NCBI GenBank assembly: GCA_963976765.1
Contig: CAXBME010000035.1
Span: forward strand, 62,001 to 87,209
DNA from: an uncultured Planctomycetaceae bacterium
GTDB taxonomy: Bacteria > Planctomycetota > Planctomycetia > Planctomycetales > Planctomycetaceae
Direction of reading: 5' to 3'
Length of the DNA stretch: 25,209 bases
In this document: piece by piece, positions 7,690-15,702 of the stretch
Layout: the number at the start of each line of letters is the position of its first letter
Position numbering within the stretch: position 1 is the stretch's first letter
Position numbers and translations under genes: made by a program
The notes under the pieces: model-generated
Databases searched by the model: none
The model's input: the letters and a program-made list of their open reading frames with translations, nothing else
Told to the model about the DNA's origin: nothing

Positions 7690-8125
7690 TCGTTTTCATG
7701 TCAGATCGGTCGGTGAACACACCGTCGGTTCATGAGAGTTCTCGGAGGAGAATTCAGTCGCTTGACAGGTTTGCCTGAACCTGTCGGCGGGCTCACTTCT
7801 AAACGCTCCAGTCTCGGCAACCAAAGGAGTGGCATGCGGCGTCTTCGCCAGCATGCCGGGATTTCTTAAAGCACCCGCTCAATTTCTGCGAGGATTCTGC
7901 GCGCAGACAAAACGCTCACGCATGGAAGTATTCGAGCCGTAAGGTTTCGCGAATTGCCGGCTGTGTTCGCTTATCTGACGTTGGTTCAAACAGAGAAAGA
8001 CTGGTTGAAATGGAATTCAGACTGGCAACGGCAGGAAGCTGAGCACGGACAGTCCCACGACGGGCCTGAAAGAACTCAGGATTAGTTCATCGATTTTCGT
8101 GTAGTTTGAACAAGGAGAGTGCACG
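7690..8125 (+). ncRNA. Candidate structured 5' leader RNA of nrdJ
   Basis: Back-to-back stem-loops at about 7694-7737, 7736-7755, 7759-7789, 7804-7831, 7831-7857, 7930-7954 (GUAA loop) and 8065-8080. No long ORF in this stretch. Confidence 0.35.
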
Positions 8126-11077
8126 ATGCACCGCAGCAAGGGATTCTTCGAGGATGATTTCGAGGCCCAGGATGGGCACAGTGGCACAATCATTTCTGAG
8201 GCCAGCCCGATGGAGATCGAGCCTCATTTCTGTCCGGAAGGCGTTGACCCGTTCACAACAGTTGAGTGGGAAGCGCGGACCGCACACATCAAGGACGAGA
8301 ACGGTGGGATTCTGTTTGAGCAGCAGAACTGCCAGATCCCGAAGGACTGGAGCCCTCTGGCAACCAACGTCGTTGTCAGCAAGTACTTCTACGGCGAGCC
8401 CGGCACGCCCGAACGTGAAACCAGCATTCGACAGGTCGTTCACCGCGTCGCCCGCACCATTGCCGACTGGGGCATCCAGGATGGCTACTTTGCCAGCCAG
8501 GCCGACGGCGAGACCTACTACCGAGAACTCGCCTGGCTTTGCCTGCACCAGCACGGCTCGTTCAATTCGCCCGTCTGGTTTAATGTGGGACTGTTCCACC
8601 AGTACGGTGTGAAAGGCTCGCGCGGCAATTACCGCTATGATGTCCAGACCCGCTCGATCCGCCGCCCGGAAACTCCGTACGAGTACCCACAGGCTTCCGC
8701 ATGTTTCATCCAGTCTGTCGAAGACAACATGGAAGACATCATGCGACTCGCTCGCAGCGAAGCCATGCTGTTCAAGTTTGGATCAGGAACTGGCACCGAC
8801 CTGTCGACGATCCGCAGCTCCAGAGAAAAGCTGTCCGGTGGAGGTTCTCCATCTGGGCCACTGAGCTTCATGCGGGTTTATGACCAGATCGCCGCTGTCG
8901 TGAAATCGGGCGGCAAGACTCGTCGTGCGGCGAAGATGCAGAGCTTAAAAGACTGGCATCCGGACATCATGGAATTCGTCCAGTGCAAGTCGAAAGAAGA
9001 AAAGAAGGCTCGCACCCTGATCGATTCCGGCGAGTACGATGCCAACTTCAACGGTGAAGCGTACAGCTCGATTATGTTCCAGAATGCAAACCTTTCGGTT
9101 CGCCTTTCTGACGAGTTCATGCAGGCCGCCGAAAACGATGGCAAGTGGCAGACGCATTGGGTGACTGACCCTTCAAAACCGGGTCCGGAATACAATGCCA
9201 AAGATGTTCTGCGGGAAATGGCAGAAGGCACCTGGTACTGTGGCGACCCTGGCGTTCAATACGAAACGACCATCAACCGTTGGCATACCTGCAAGAATTC
9301 CGGCCCGATTAACGCCTCGAACCCGTGCTCTGAGTACATGTTCCTGGACGATACGGCCTGCAATCTGTCGAGTATCAACCTGCGGAAATTCCAGAAGGAA
9401 GACGGCACCTTCGACGTCGCCAGGTTCCGCCGAGCGTCCAGCATCTTCATCACGGCTCAGGAAATTCTGGTCGACCATGCCAGCTATCCGACGCCGTCGA
9501 TCGCTGAGAATTCGCACCGCTTCCGTCCACTGGGACTGGGCTTTGCAAATCTCGGCAGCCTGCTGATGTCGATGGGGATTCCTTACGACAGCGAAGCGGG
9601 ACAGGGAATCTGCGGGGCATTGACTGCTTTGTTGTGTGGAGAAGGCTATCGCACATCGAGTCAGATCGCTGGCAATCTTGGTCCCTTCGCCGGGTACCAC
9701 GAGAATGAAAAACCGATGCTCGAAGTCATGGAAATGCATCGTGACGCCACGAACAGGATCAACCCGGAATGTCCGGAGTATCTCCGAACGGCGGCTCGCG
9801 AGGTGTGGGACGAGTGTGTCGAGTCTGGCCGTCGATACGGGTATCGCAATGCTCAGGCAACCGTTCTGGCTCCAACCGGAACGATCGCGTTCATGATGGA
9901 CTGCGACACAACCGGCATCGAGCCGGATATTGCTCTGGTCAAGTACAAGCAGCTTGCTGGCGGCGGCATGATGAAGATCGTCAATAAGACGGTTCCGCTG
10001 GCTTTGAAAGCTCTTGGCTACACCGAAGCTCAGTCGAAAGAAATCGTCGCGTACATCGACAAGAACGAGACGATCGAAGGGGCTCCGGATTTCAAAGACG
10101 AGCACCTGGCTGTCTTTGACTGTGCCTTCAAACCGGCAAATGGAACGCGATCCATTGCCTGGCGTGGACACGTCACGATGATGGCCGCAGCTCAGCCGTT
10201 CCTCTCTGGAGCAATTTCAAAGACGGTCAATATGCCTGCCAGTTCGACTATCGAAGACATCGAAGACGCTTACAAGGAAGGCTGGAAGCTGGGTCTGAAA
10301 GCTCTCGCGATTTATCGCGACGGCTCGAAGCAAAGCCAGCCGCTGGCAACTTCGAAAGAGGGTGACCGTAAGAAGGGCGGCGAAACCATCATCGTTCAGT
10401 CCGGGCCGGTTCGTCGTCGACTCCCTGGAACTCGTCAGTCGCTGACTCACAAGTTCTCGGTTGGCGGACACGATGGTTACATCACTGTCGGCCTGTTTGA
10501 AGACGGCACACCAGGCGAACTGTTCATCACAATGGCCAAAGAAGGTTCGACCATCGGCGGTCTGATGGACACGATCGGAACATTGACGTCGATGGCTCTG
10601 CAGTACGGAGTGCCACTCGGCGACCTGATCAGCAAGTTCACTCATATGCGGTTTGAACCGTCGGGGTGGACCGGCAATCCTGACATTCCGAACGCGAAGA
10701 GCGTCGTGGACTACATCTTCCGCTGGCTCGGCATCGAGTTTCTGGAAGGTTACCGCGAAGCGAACACGCCGAAGGGAATTGCTGAAACCCAGGCAAAGGC
10801 AGCCATCTCCTCTCCAGAGAAGTTGACTGACGAAGTCGCAGCGATGATTAACGGTCAGGTCGAAAGCGCCGGATTCGGCGACGCGACGTTGAACGGAGCT
10901 TCTGCTGACGTCGCGGTTTCACCCGAAGCAGATGAAGACTCACCAGCGGTTCGCAGCAAGCAGTTTGCTGAGTTCCAGTCAGACGCTCCGGCGTGTGACG
11001 GCTGCGGAGCCATCACCGTCCGCAACGGAAACTGTTACCTCTGCCACAACTGCGGCAACAGCATGGGCTGCAGCTAA
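8126..11077 (+). CDS. nrdJ: Vitamin B12-dependent (class II) ribonucleotide reductase with C-terminal TSCPD-type domain and Cys-rich tail
   Basis: FNSPVWFNVG, QASACFI (redox Cys), VKSGGKTRRAAKM, SNPCSEY (thiyl-radical NPCxE), ACNLSSINL, APTGTI, GAISKTVN, YRDGSK, C-terminal CDGC...CYLCHNCGNSMGCS. AAGGAG SD. No ATP cone and no intein seen. Confidence 0.97.
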   Translation: MHRSKGFFEDDFEAQDGHSGTIISEASPMEIEPHFCPEGVDPFTTVEWEARTAHIKDENGGILFEQQNCQIPKDWSPLATNVVVSKYFYGEPGTPERETSIRQVVHRVARTIADWGIQDGYFASQADGETYYRELAWLCLHQHGSFNSPVWFNVGLFHQYGVKGSRGNYRYDVQTRSIRRPETPYEYPQASACFIQSVEDNMEDIMRLARSEAMLFKFGSGTGTDLSTIRSSREKLSGGGSPSGPLSFMRVYDQIAAVVKSGGKTRRAAKMQSLKDWHPDIMEFVQCKSKEEKKARTLIDSGEYDANFNGEAYSSIMFQNANLSVRLSDEFMQAAENDGKWQTHWVTDPSKPGPEYNAKDVLREMAEGTWYCGDPGVQYETTINRWHTCKNSGPINASNPCSEYMFLDDTACNLSSINLRKFQKEDGTFDVARFRRASSIFITAQEILVDHASYPTPSIAENSHRFRPLGLGFANLGSLLMSMGIPYDSEAGQGICGALTALLCGEGYRTSSQIAGNLGPFAGYHENEKPMLEVMEMHRDATNRINPECPEYLRTAAREVWDECVESGRRYGYRNAQATVLAPTGTIAFMMDCDTTGIEPDIALVKYKQLAGGGMMKIVNKTVPLALKALGYTEAQSKEIVAYIDKNETIEGAPDFKDEHLAVFDCAFKPANGTRSIAWRGHVTMMAAAQPFLSGAISKTVNMPASSTIEDIEDAYKEGWKLGLKALAIYRDGSKQSQPLATSKEGDRKKGGETIIVQSGPVRRRLPGTRQSLTHKFSVGGHDGYITVGLFEDGTPGELFITMAKEGSTIGGLMDTIGTLTSMALQYGVPLGDLISKFTHMRFEPSGWTGNPDIPNAKSVVDYIFRWLGIEFLEGYREANTPKGIAETQAKAAISSPEKLTDEVAAMINGQVESAGFGDATLNGASADVAVSPEADEDSPAVRSKQFAEFQSDAPACDGCGAITVRNGNCYLCHNCGNSMGCS

Positions 11078-11139
11078 ACGCTCCGGCGGGTGATCAGGCA
11101 ACGTTGTCATGGTCACTTCAACAGGAACACAAAGAATTC

Positions 11140-11179
11140 AGCCCCGATGACACGCTTGTGTTGTCGGGGCTTTTATTTT
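11140..11179 (+). terminator. Rho-independent terminator of nrdJ
   Basis: AGCCCCGATGACAC-gctt-GTGTTGTCGGGGCT followed by TTTATTTT. Confidence 0.9.
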
Positions 11180-11283
11180 CAATGTTCAAACTCCAATCAT
11201 CCGCCTGTACTCTGGTGGCCGGTGAATCGCTATCTCGGCAGAGCTCACTCATTATCTTCTCGGCAACCGCTTCGAGACCGAAA

Positions 11284-11587
11284 ATGACAACCATCGATCA
11301 ACTTCGCACTCACGATCAACTTCGCACTCAATTGCTTGAATTACCTTGAATTACCCAGTGGCGACCGTGCGGCACTTGCCCGTGACCTGTTGCTAAGTCT
11401 GGACGGTCTGGCTGAAACATCCGACATTGACTCAAGCTGGCCCGACGAAATCCGACGTGCGACCCTGAAAAGCTTTCCTTATGCAGTGATCTTTCAGATC
11501 GTCGATCCCGAAAGCGTCGTCGCCCCCGCAGTCGCATATTTGAGCCGAAAACCATCTTACTGGCTTCATCGAATTGCGGATTGGTAA
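11284..11587 (+). pseudogene. Collapsed addiction module: putative antitoxin (TIGR02574-type) N-terminal part fused to a RelE/ParE-family toxin C-terminal part, frameshifted
   Basis: Removing two tandem duplications gives MTTIDQLRTQLLELPSGDRAALARDLLLSLD...DIDSSWPDEIRR (antitoxin pattern L.LP..DRA.LA..LL.SLD...W..EI.RR). This joins ATLKSFPYAVIFQ...AVAYLSRKPSYWLHR (toxin pattern RR..L..FPY.I.Y...AVAH..R.P.YW). Confidence 0.8.
11295..11354 (+). repeat. Two adjacent perfect tandem duplications (18 bp x2 and 10 bp x2)
   Basis: CGATCAACTTCGCACTCA at 11295-11312 and 11313-11330. CTTGAATTAC at 11335-11344 and 11345-11354. Confidence 0.95.
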
Positions 11588-11711
11588 TGATATCTGCCGA
11601 TGGCTGTGCCAAAACATCCAGGTCCACTCAGGCCAGCACCTGGGTCTCCAGCTCCGCCGATGACAATGTCTGAACGGCTGCCAATTTTCCTTCGCTTTTA
11701 TCCCATTCAAC

Positions 11712-13298
11712 TCAGGCCTGCTGTTGAGTCCACGCTGTTGAACAGGTTGTCGACTGGAGGACAGTTTCAAGCTCTTCCGCGGTTTGGAATCGTTCGTCGG
11801 GATTCTTGGCGAGACACTGCATGATGATGGCCTCGACGTCGGCAGGGATGTCGGGGCGGAGTTCGCTCAGAGGAAGCGGTGACTCGTTGGCGTGGGCGAA
11901 AAGGACTTTCAGGACTTTGTCGCCCCGAAAGACTGGCCGACCAGTGAGCAGGAAATACGCGGTTGCGCCCAGGGAGTAGATGTCGCCTCGGGCGTCGGGT
12001 TCTGATTCTCCGAGGACTCGTTCCGGAGGGGCGTACATGGGAGAGCCGATAACGGCTCCTTCGATCGTGATCTCAGGCGATGACTCGGGATTATCCAGTG
12101 ACTTCACCAGACCGAAGTCGAGCAGTTTCGCCACATCAAGAACTCCGCCGCGTTCCGTTGCAAAAATATTGCCTGGTTTAATATCCCGGTGAATCAGTCC
12201 GGCTCGATGAGCTTCTCCCAGAGCTGACGAAACCTGCTTCAGAAGATGCACGACTCGCGCCGCTGGCATTGGGCCGGTCTTGTCGACCAGAGCCTGCAGG
12301 TCCATGCCGGGCAGGAATTCCATCGCGTAGTAGAACGTTCCATCCAGGGTGTAGCCGAAGTCGTAGATTTCGACGGTGTTGACGTGAGTCAGTCCGGCCG
12401 TGGCCTGAACTTCGGATTCGAAGCGGGCGATTGCTGTCGCGTCGTCGGCTTTTTCAGCTCGGATCAACTTGATCGCACAAGGACGCTTCAAAAGCTGGTG
12501 CTCGGCAAGGTGAACTTCGCCCATGCCGCCGGCTCCGAGCTTTTTCTTCAATGAGTAAGCGCCCAGCTGTTTGGCGTCGTAGGCTTCTCGCCTCAATCGA
12601 CCGATCCGGAAGGAGCCATAAATCGCCGTCACGCCAGAGATGGTTAGCCACAGCAGTAAGGCCGAGAATCCCCCGCCACCAAACATGCGCTCGCGAACGA
12701 TTGGCTGCTCAATTGAAACCAGGATGGCTCCGGCCAGCGGTATCATCCCCATCGTCCCGATCACAACCACGGCTCGTCGAAGCGAATTCGGGACAAACCA
12801 GGCGTAGATATTGATCAGAATGATCCACGGAACAGCCGTCTCTGCCGGGTATGCCGCAGCGACTTGTTCAAGCAATTCAGGACCGCAGGCACACGTTCGG
12901 CAATGTTGCATCCATACAAAAAGCAAAGTCGGTAGCCCGAAAATAATCAACTCAAGGCTGAGCAACCGGAACCGGCAGGCCACGAAACACCGTTGAAGGA
13001 ACACCGCAGCGCCGGCAAGAGCGATCACCAGGGCTGCGTGACCGAAACCGAGTTGCTGCATCGGTGGAGTCGAGTACAGCCCCAGAGCGAAGTTGCGAAC
13101 CAGAAAAGCGAACGTGCCTCCGCACAAAATGATTGCTGCAGTCTTCAGCCGCTGGTTTCGGAGAGCCTGCTGCTCGCAACTGAAATTCGACGGCCCACCA
13201 TCAACCATCCCTCCGACAGGACAAAACGCTTGATGTCTGGACGCGTGACTGGATGACCGAACCGGTACTGCATCGGAGGAAGTCGGCGTATGACGCAT
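11712..13298 (-). CDS. Membrane-anchored Hanks-type Ser/Thr protein kinase
   Basis: About six N-terminal hydrophobic segments, then LGAGGMGEV, AIKLI, HRDIKPGN, DFGLVK, GSPMYAPPE and DIYSLG. Confidence 0.95.
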   Translation of the reverse strand: MRHTPTSSDAVPVRSSSHASRHQAFCPVGGMVDGGPSNFSCEQQALRNQRLKTAAIILCGGTFAFLVRNFALGLYSTPPMQQLGFGHAALVIALAGAAVFLQRCFVACRFRLLSLELIIFGLPTLLFVWMQHCRTCACGPELLEQVAAAYPAETAVPWIILINIYAWFVPNSLRRAVVVIGTMGMIPLAGAILVSIEQPIVRERMFGGGGFSALLLWLTISGVTAIYGSFRIGRLRREAYDAKQLGAYSLKKKLGAGGMGEVHLAEHQLLKRPCAIKLIRAEKADDATAIARFESEVQATAGLTHVNTVEIYDFGYTLDGTFYYAMEFLPGMDLQALVDKTGPMPAARVVHLLKQVSSALGEAHRAGLIHRDIKPGNIFATERGGVLDVAKLLDFGLVKSLDNPESSPEITIEGAVIGSPMYAPPERVLGESEPDARGDIYSLGATAYFLLTGRPVFRGDKVLKVLFAHANESPLPLSELRPDIPADVEAIIMQCLAKNPDERFQTAEELETVLQSTTCSTAWTQQQA

Positions 13299-13550
13299 AT
13301 TAGAGCTCGATTTCCAATCGTAAGTTCACTCAAAATTCCGAAGCGTTGTACGCTGCTTCAATCCCGGGGGCTACGACAGTACGATCGCAATCGTTGAGGA
13401 AAACTTCAAACTGAGGTGCCCGCAGAGAAATCAGAATCCGATGCCATGCACAATTTGCCTGACAGGTTGTGTCAGACGCGTCGCGAGAATGGGCAGCCGA
13501 GACGAGCCTGACCAGGCATCTCCCACGTCAAGATAGAAGCTCAGAGCGGG

Positions 13551-15245
13551 TTATTCGACCTTAATCAGTACGCAGGTCACATCGTCGTGAATCGGGTTGT
13601 CGCCCGCAAATTTGCGACAGGCTTCTGCCAGCACCTTAATAATTTCTTCCGAAGTCGACTGTCGCGCATCCCTCACACACTGCAGCATTCGCTCACGCCC
13701 GAACAGCTCCTGATCAACGGAAGCTGTTTCGTAAATCCCGTCGGTTGGCAGAATAAGTGTGTCGCCCGGTTCAAGTTGCAGTGTTGCCGATTCGTACCTG
13801 ACGTCGTCCATCAGACTGAGCACCAGATTCGTCGCTGCTACTTCCTTGTAAGTACCATTCGAATCAAGGTGATATCCCGGATGCCCGGCGCTGGACCAGG
13901 TCAGTTGCCGCGTTGCGGGATCAAGGATCGCCAGAAACAGCGTGACAAAAGTCCCGGCCCGCATGTCCGCGCAAAGCTGCTGGTTCACCCGAGTAAGTAC
14001 ATTCGCAACGCCGAGCCCCTCTGCGGCATAAGCTCGAATGTACGAACGCGTCTGAACCATATATAGCGCGGCCCCCAGACCGTGACCGCTCACATCTCCC
14101 ACAGCAATGGCCAGACGTCCGTCCGGCAACGGAATAAAATCGTAGTAGTCGCCGCACCCCTCTTCCGTTGGAAACGCTGCCCCTGCGATGTCGAATCCTG
14201 AAATTGCGGGACAACAGGCCGGGTACAACGTCTGCTGGACCGACTCAGCAATCCCAAGCTTTTCTTCAGCCCGACGACGACGTTCTTTTTCAATTGCGTA
14301 CTTGATGGCGTTATCGAGAAGTCGCTCATGCTGACGTGCATACTCGACGGCCTGACCGGCCACCGCGCTGACGCTGGTCAGAATATCGAGATCAGCTTCG
14401 GCAAAGGGTCTGTCACCGTCATCAGAATCGATGCAGATAGCTCCGAGAATTTCATCGTGAGGGCCAGTCAACGGAGCACAGATCGATGACCGAAGCCGAC
14501 ACTCGAAAATTGACTCCGAACATTCGTCGTTCATTTCGTCAACGCTGAGAATTGCCTGACGCTGGGCGATGACATCGTCGGCGATACTCATCTTCAACGG
14601 ACCGAGCGAATCCGAACACAACGTTTGCGAACCTGTTTGTTTCGTTGCGCGGAGGACTGGCCCCCCAGTCACATCGTCAATCAACCAGATGTTGCCTCGC
14701 CGGCTTTGAGAGAAGACGTCAAACAGGCCGTCCAGAATGTTGGCCAGCACTTCAGACAGGTTAAGGCTCTTCCCAAGGCTGCCAACAACTTTTAGAACAG
14801 CCTGCAACCGTTGCTCGACTGCGCCGGAAATCGAACTCCCTTCCTGAACGGTCGTCGTGTTGGTGCGGACAACATTTGCAGGCGTCCTGGACTCCAGGGA
14901 AATGTTCGGCTCGAAACCAGGCTCGTGTCGTTGTTCAACGACAAGCTCCGACACACCAGCCAACCGAAACACGCCAGAGACACGATAGAAGTGAATGGTG
15001 TCGCCATCCCGCAGGACTGTCGGCTCGTGAACACGCTCCCGGTTCAGATAGGTCCCGTTAATGCTGTTCAGGTCTTCAATAAAGTATTGGTCGCCACGAC
15101 TGAAGATGCGGGAATGCCTGCGCGAGACCCCATGCGAATCAATCAACAGGTCACAGAAGTGATTGCGACCGATGATCGTTTCGTGAGACTTCAGCGGAAA
15201 AGCTTTGATACCTTCCGCGCCGAGATTTATCTCGATCGATGACAT
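13551..15245 (-). CDS. FHA + GAF + SpoIIE/PP2C-family Ser/Thr phosphatase (RsbU-like)
   Basis: FHA motifs IGR, VSRRH, DLNSINGT. GAF-like RSSICAPL...LGAICID...F...DL.IL. PP2C motifs GDYYDF, GDVSGHG, TDG, DDVT. Start is 15245 or 15272. Confidence 0.93.
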   Translation of the reverse strand: MSSIEINLGAEGIKAFPLKSHETIIGRNHFCDLLIDSHGVSRRHSRIFSRGDQYFIEDLNSINGTYLNRERVHEPTVLRDGDTIHFYRVSGVFRLAGVSELVVEQRHEPGFEPNISLESRTPANVVRTNTTTVQEGSSISGAVEQRLQAVLKVVGSLGKSLNLSEVLANILDGLFDVFSQSRRGNIWLIDDVTGGPVLRATKQTGSQTLCSDSLGPLKMSIADDVIAQRQAILSVDEMNDECSESIFECRLRSSICAPLTGPHDEILGAICIDSDDGDRPFAEADLDILTSVSAVAGQAVEYARQHERLLDNAIKYAIEKERRRRAEEKLGIAESVQQTLYPACCPAISGFDIAGAAFPTEEGCGDYYDFIPLPDGRLAIAVGDVSGHGLGAALYMVQTRSYIRAYAAEGLGVANVLTRVNQQLCADMRAGTFVTLFLAILDPATRQLTWSSAGHPGYHLDSNGTYKEVAATNLVLSLMDDVRYESATLQLEPGDTLILPTDGIYETASVDQELFGRERMLQCVRDARQSTSEEIIKVLAEACRKFAGDNPIHDDVTCVLIKVE

Positions 15246-15702
15246 GATCTGAATCCGCGAACTGCTGGGCATTCAGCCAACCGCGAAACTGACCGCACAA
15301 CCTGGACTGCGAATAAGAAACTAATGCAGATTTGAACTCGAACCGGACATGCTACCCGGATCGATTTACCGTATCTACCACCAGCCTTTGCGAATCCCCC
15401 TGACACACTTCACATTCGGATTTCCCGGTAGCACCTCTGGATTCTTCCTTTTACGATTTGCCGGTCGATTGCACCTCGACACATCACTTCTTCGCACGCA
15501 AATCGACCAGACGCACACAGATATCTTCGCAGTGTGACTTCTTCAAAACTGATAGTTCAATTCTTTGAAGACATAAACGTGGCGAGGGCCGGCGCGTCCA
15601 GGCTGATAAGCCACTCTTTCCGAGCCTGTTCGAAGTAGTCTGCGGCCAATCTTCGTCCGCTCATAAAACACCGTTCTGAGATGAACGGAAAGCCTTCCGC
15701 TT

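Noticed and set aside
7646..8125. Cobalamin riboswitch upstream of nrdJ
   Set aside because: I could not find the conserved GGGAA / GCCCCCGCAACTGT / GCCACTG / AGYCAGRANAC elements by eye. A covariance-model search is needed to exclude a divergent one.
9173..10171. 332-aa antisense ORF inside nrdJ, and similar antisense ORFs such as 1667-2302
   Set aside because: These are reverse-strand shadows of well-supported genes, expected from codon bias.
8126..11077. Intein or intron in nrdJ
   Set aside because: The RNR motifs follow at normal spacing in one continuous frame, with no splice-junction or LAGLIDADG motifs. The extra length is explained by the C-terminal TSCPD-type domain and linker.
14290..14330. 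LLDNAIKY in the phosphatase resembles a histidine-kinase N box
   Set aside because: No G1, F or G2 boxes follow. It lies in the helical linker between the GAF and PP2C domains.
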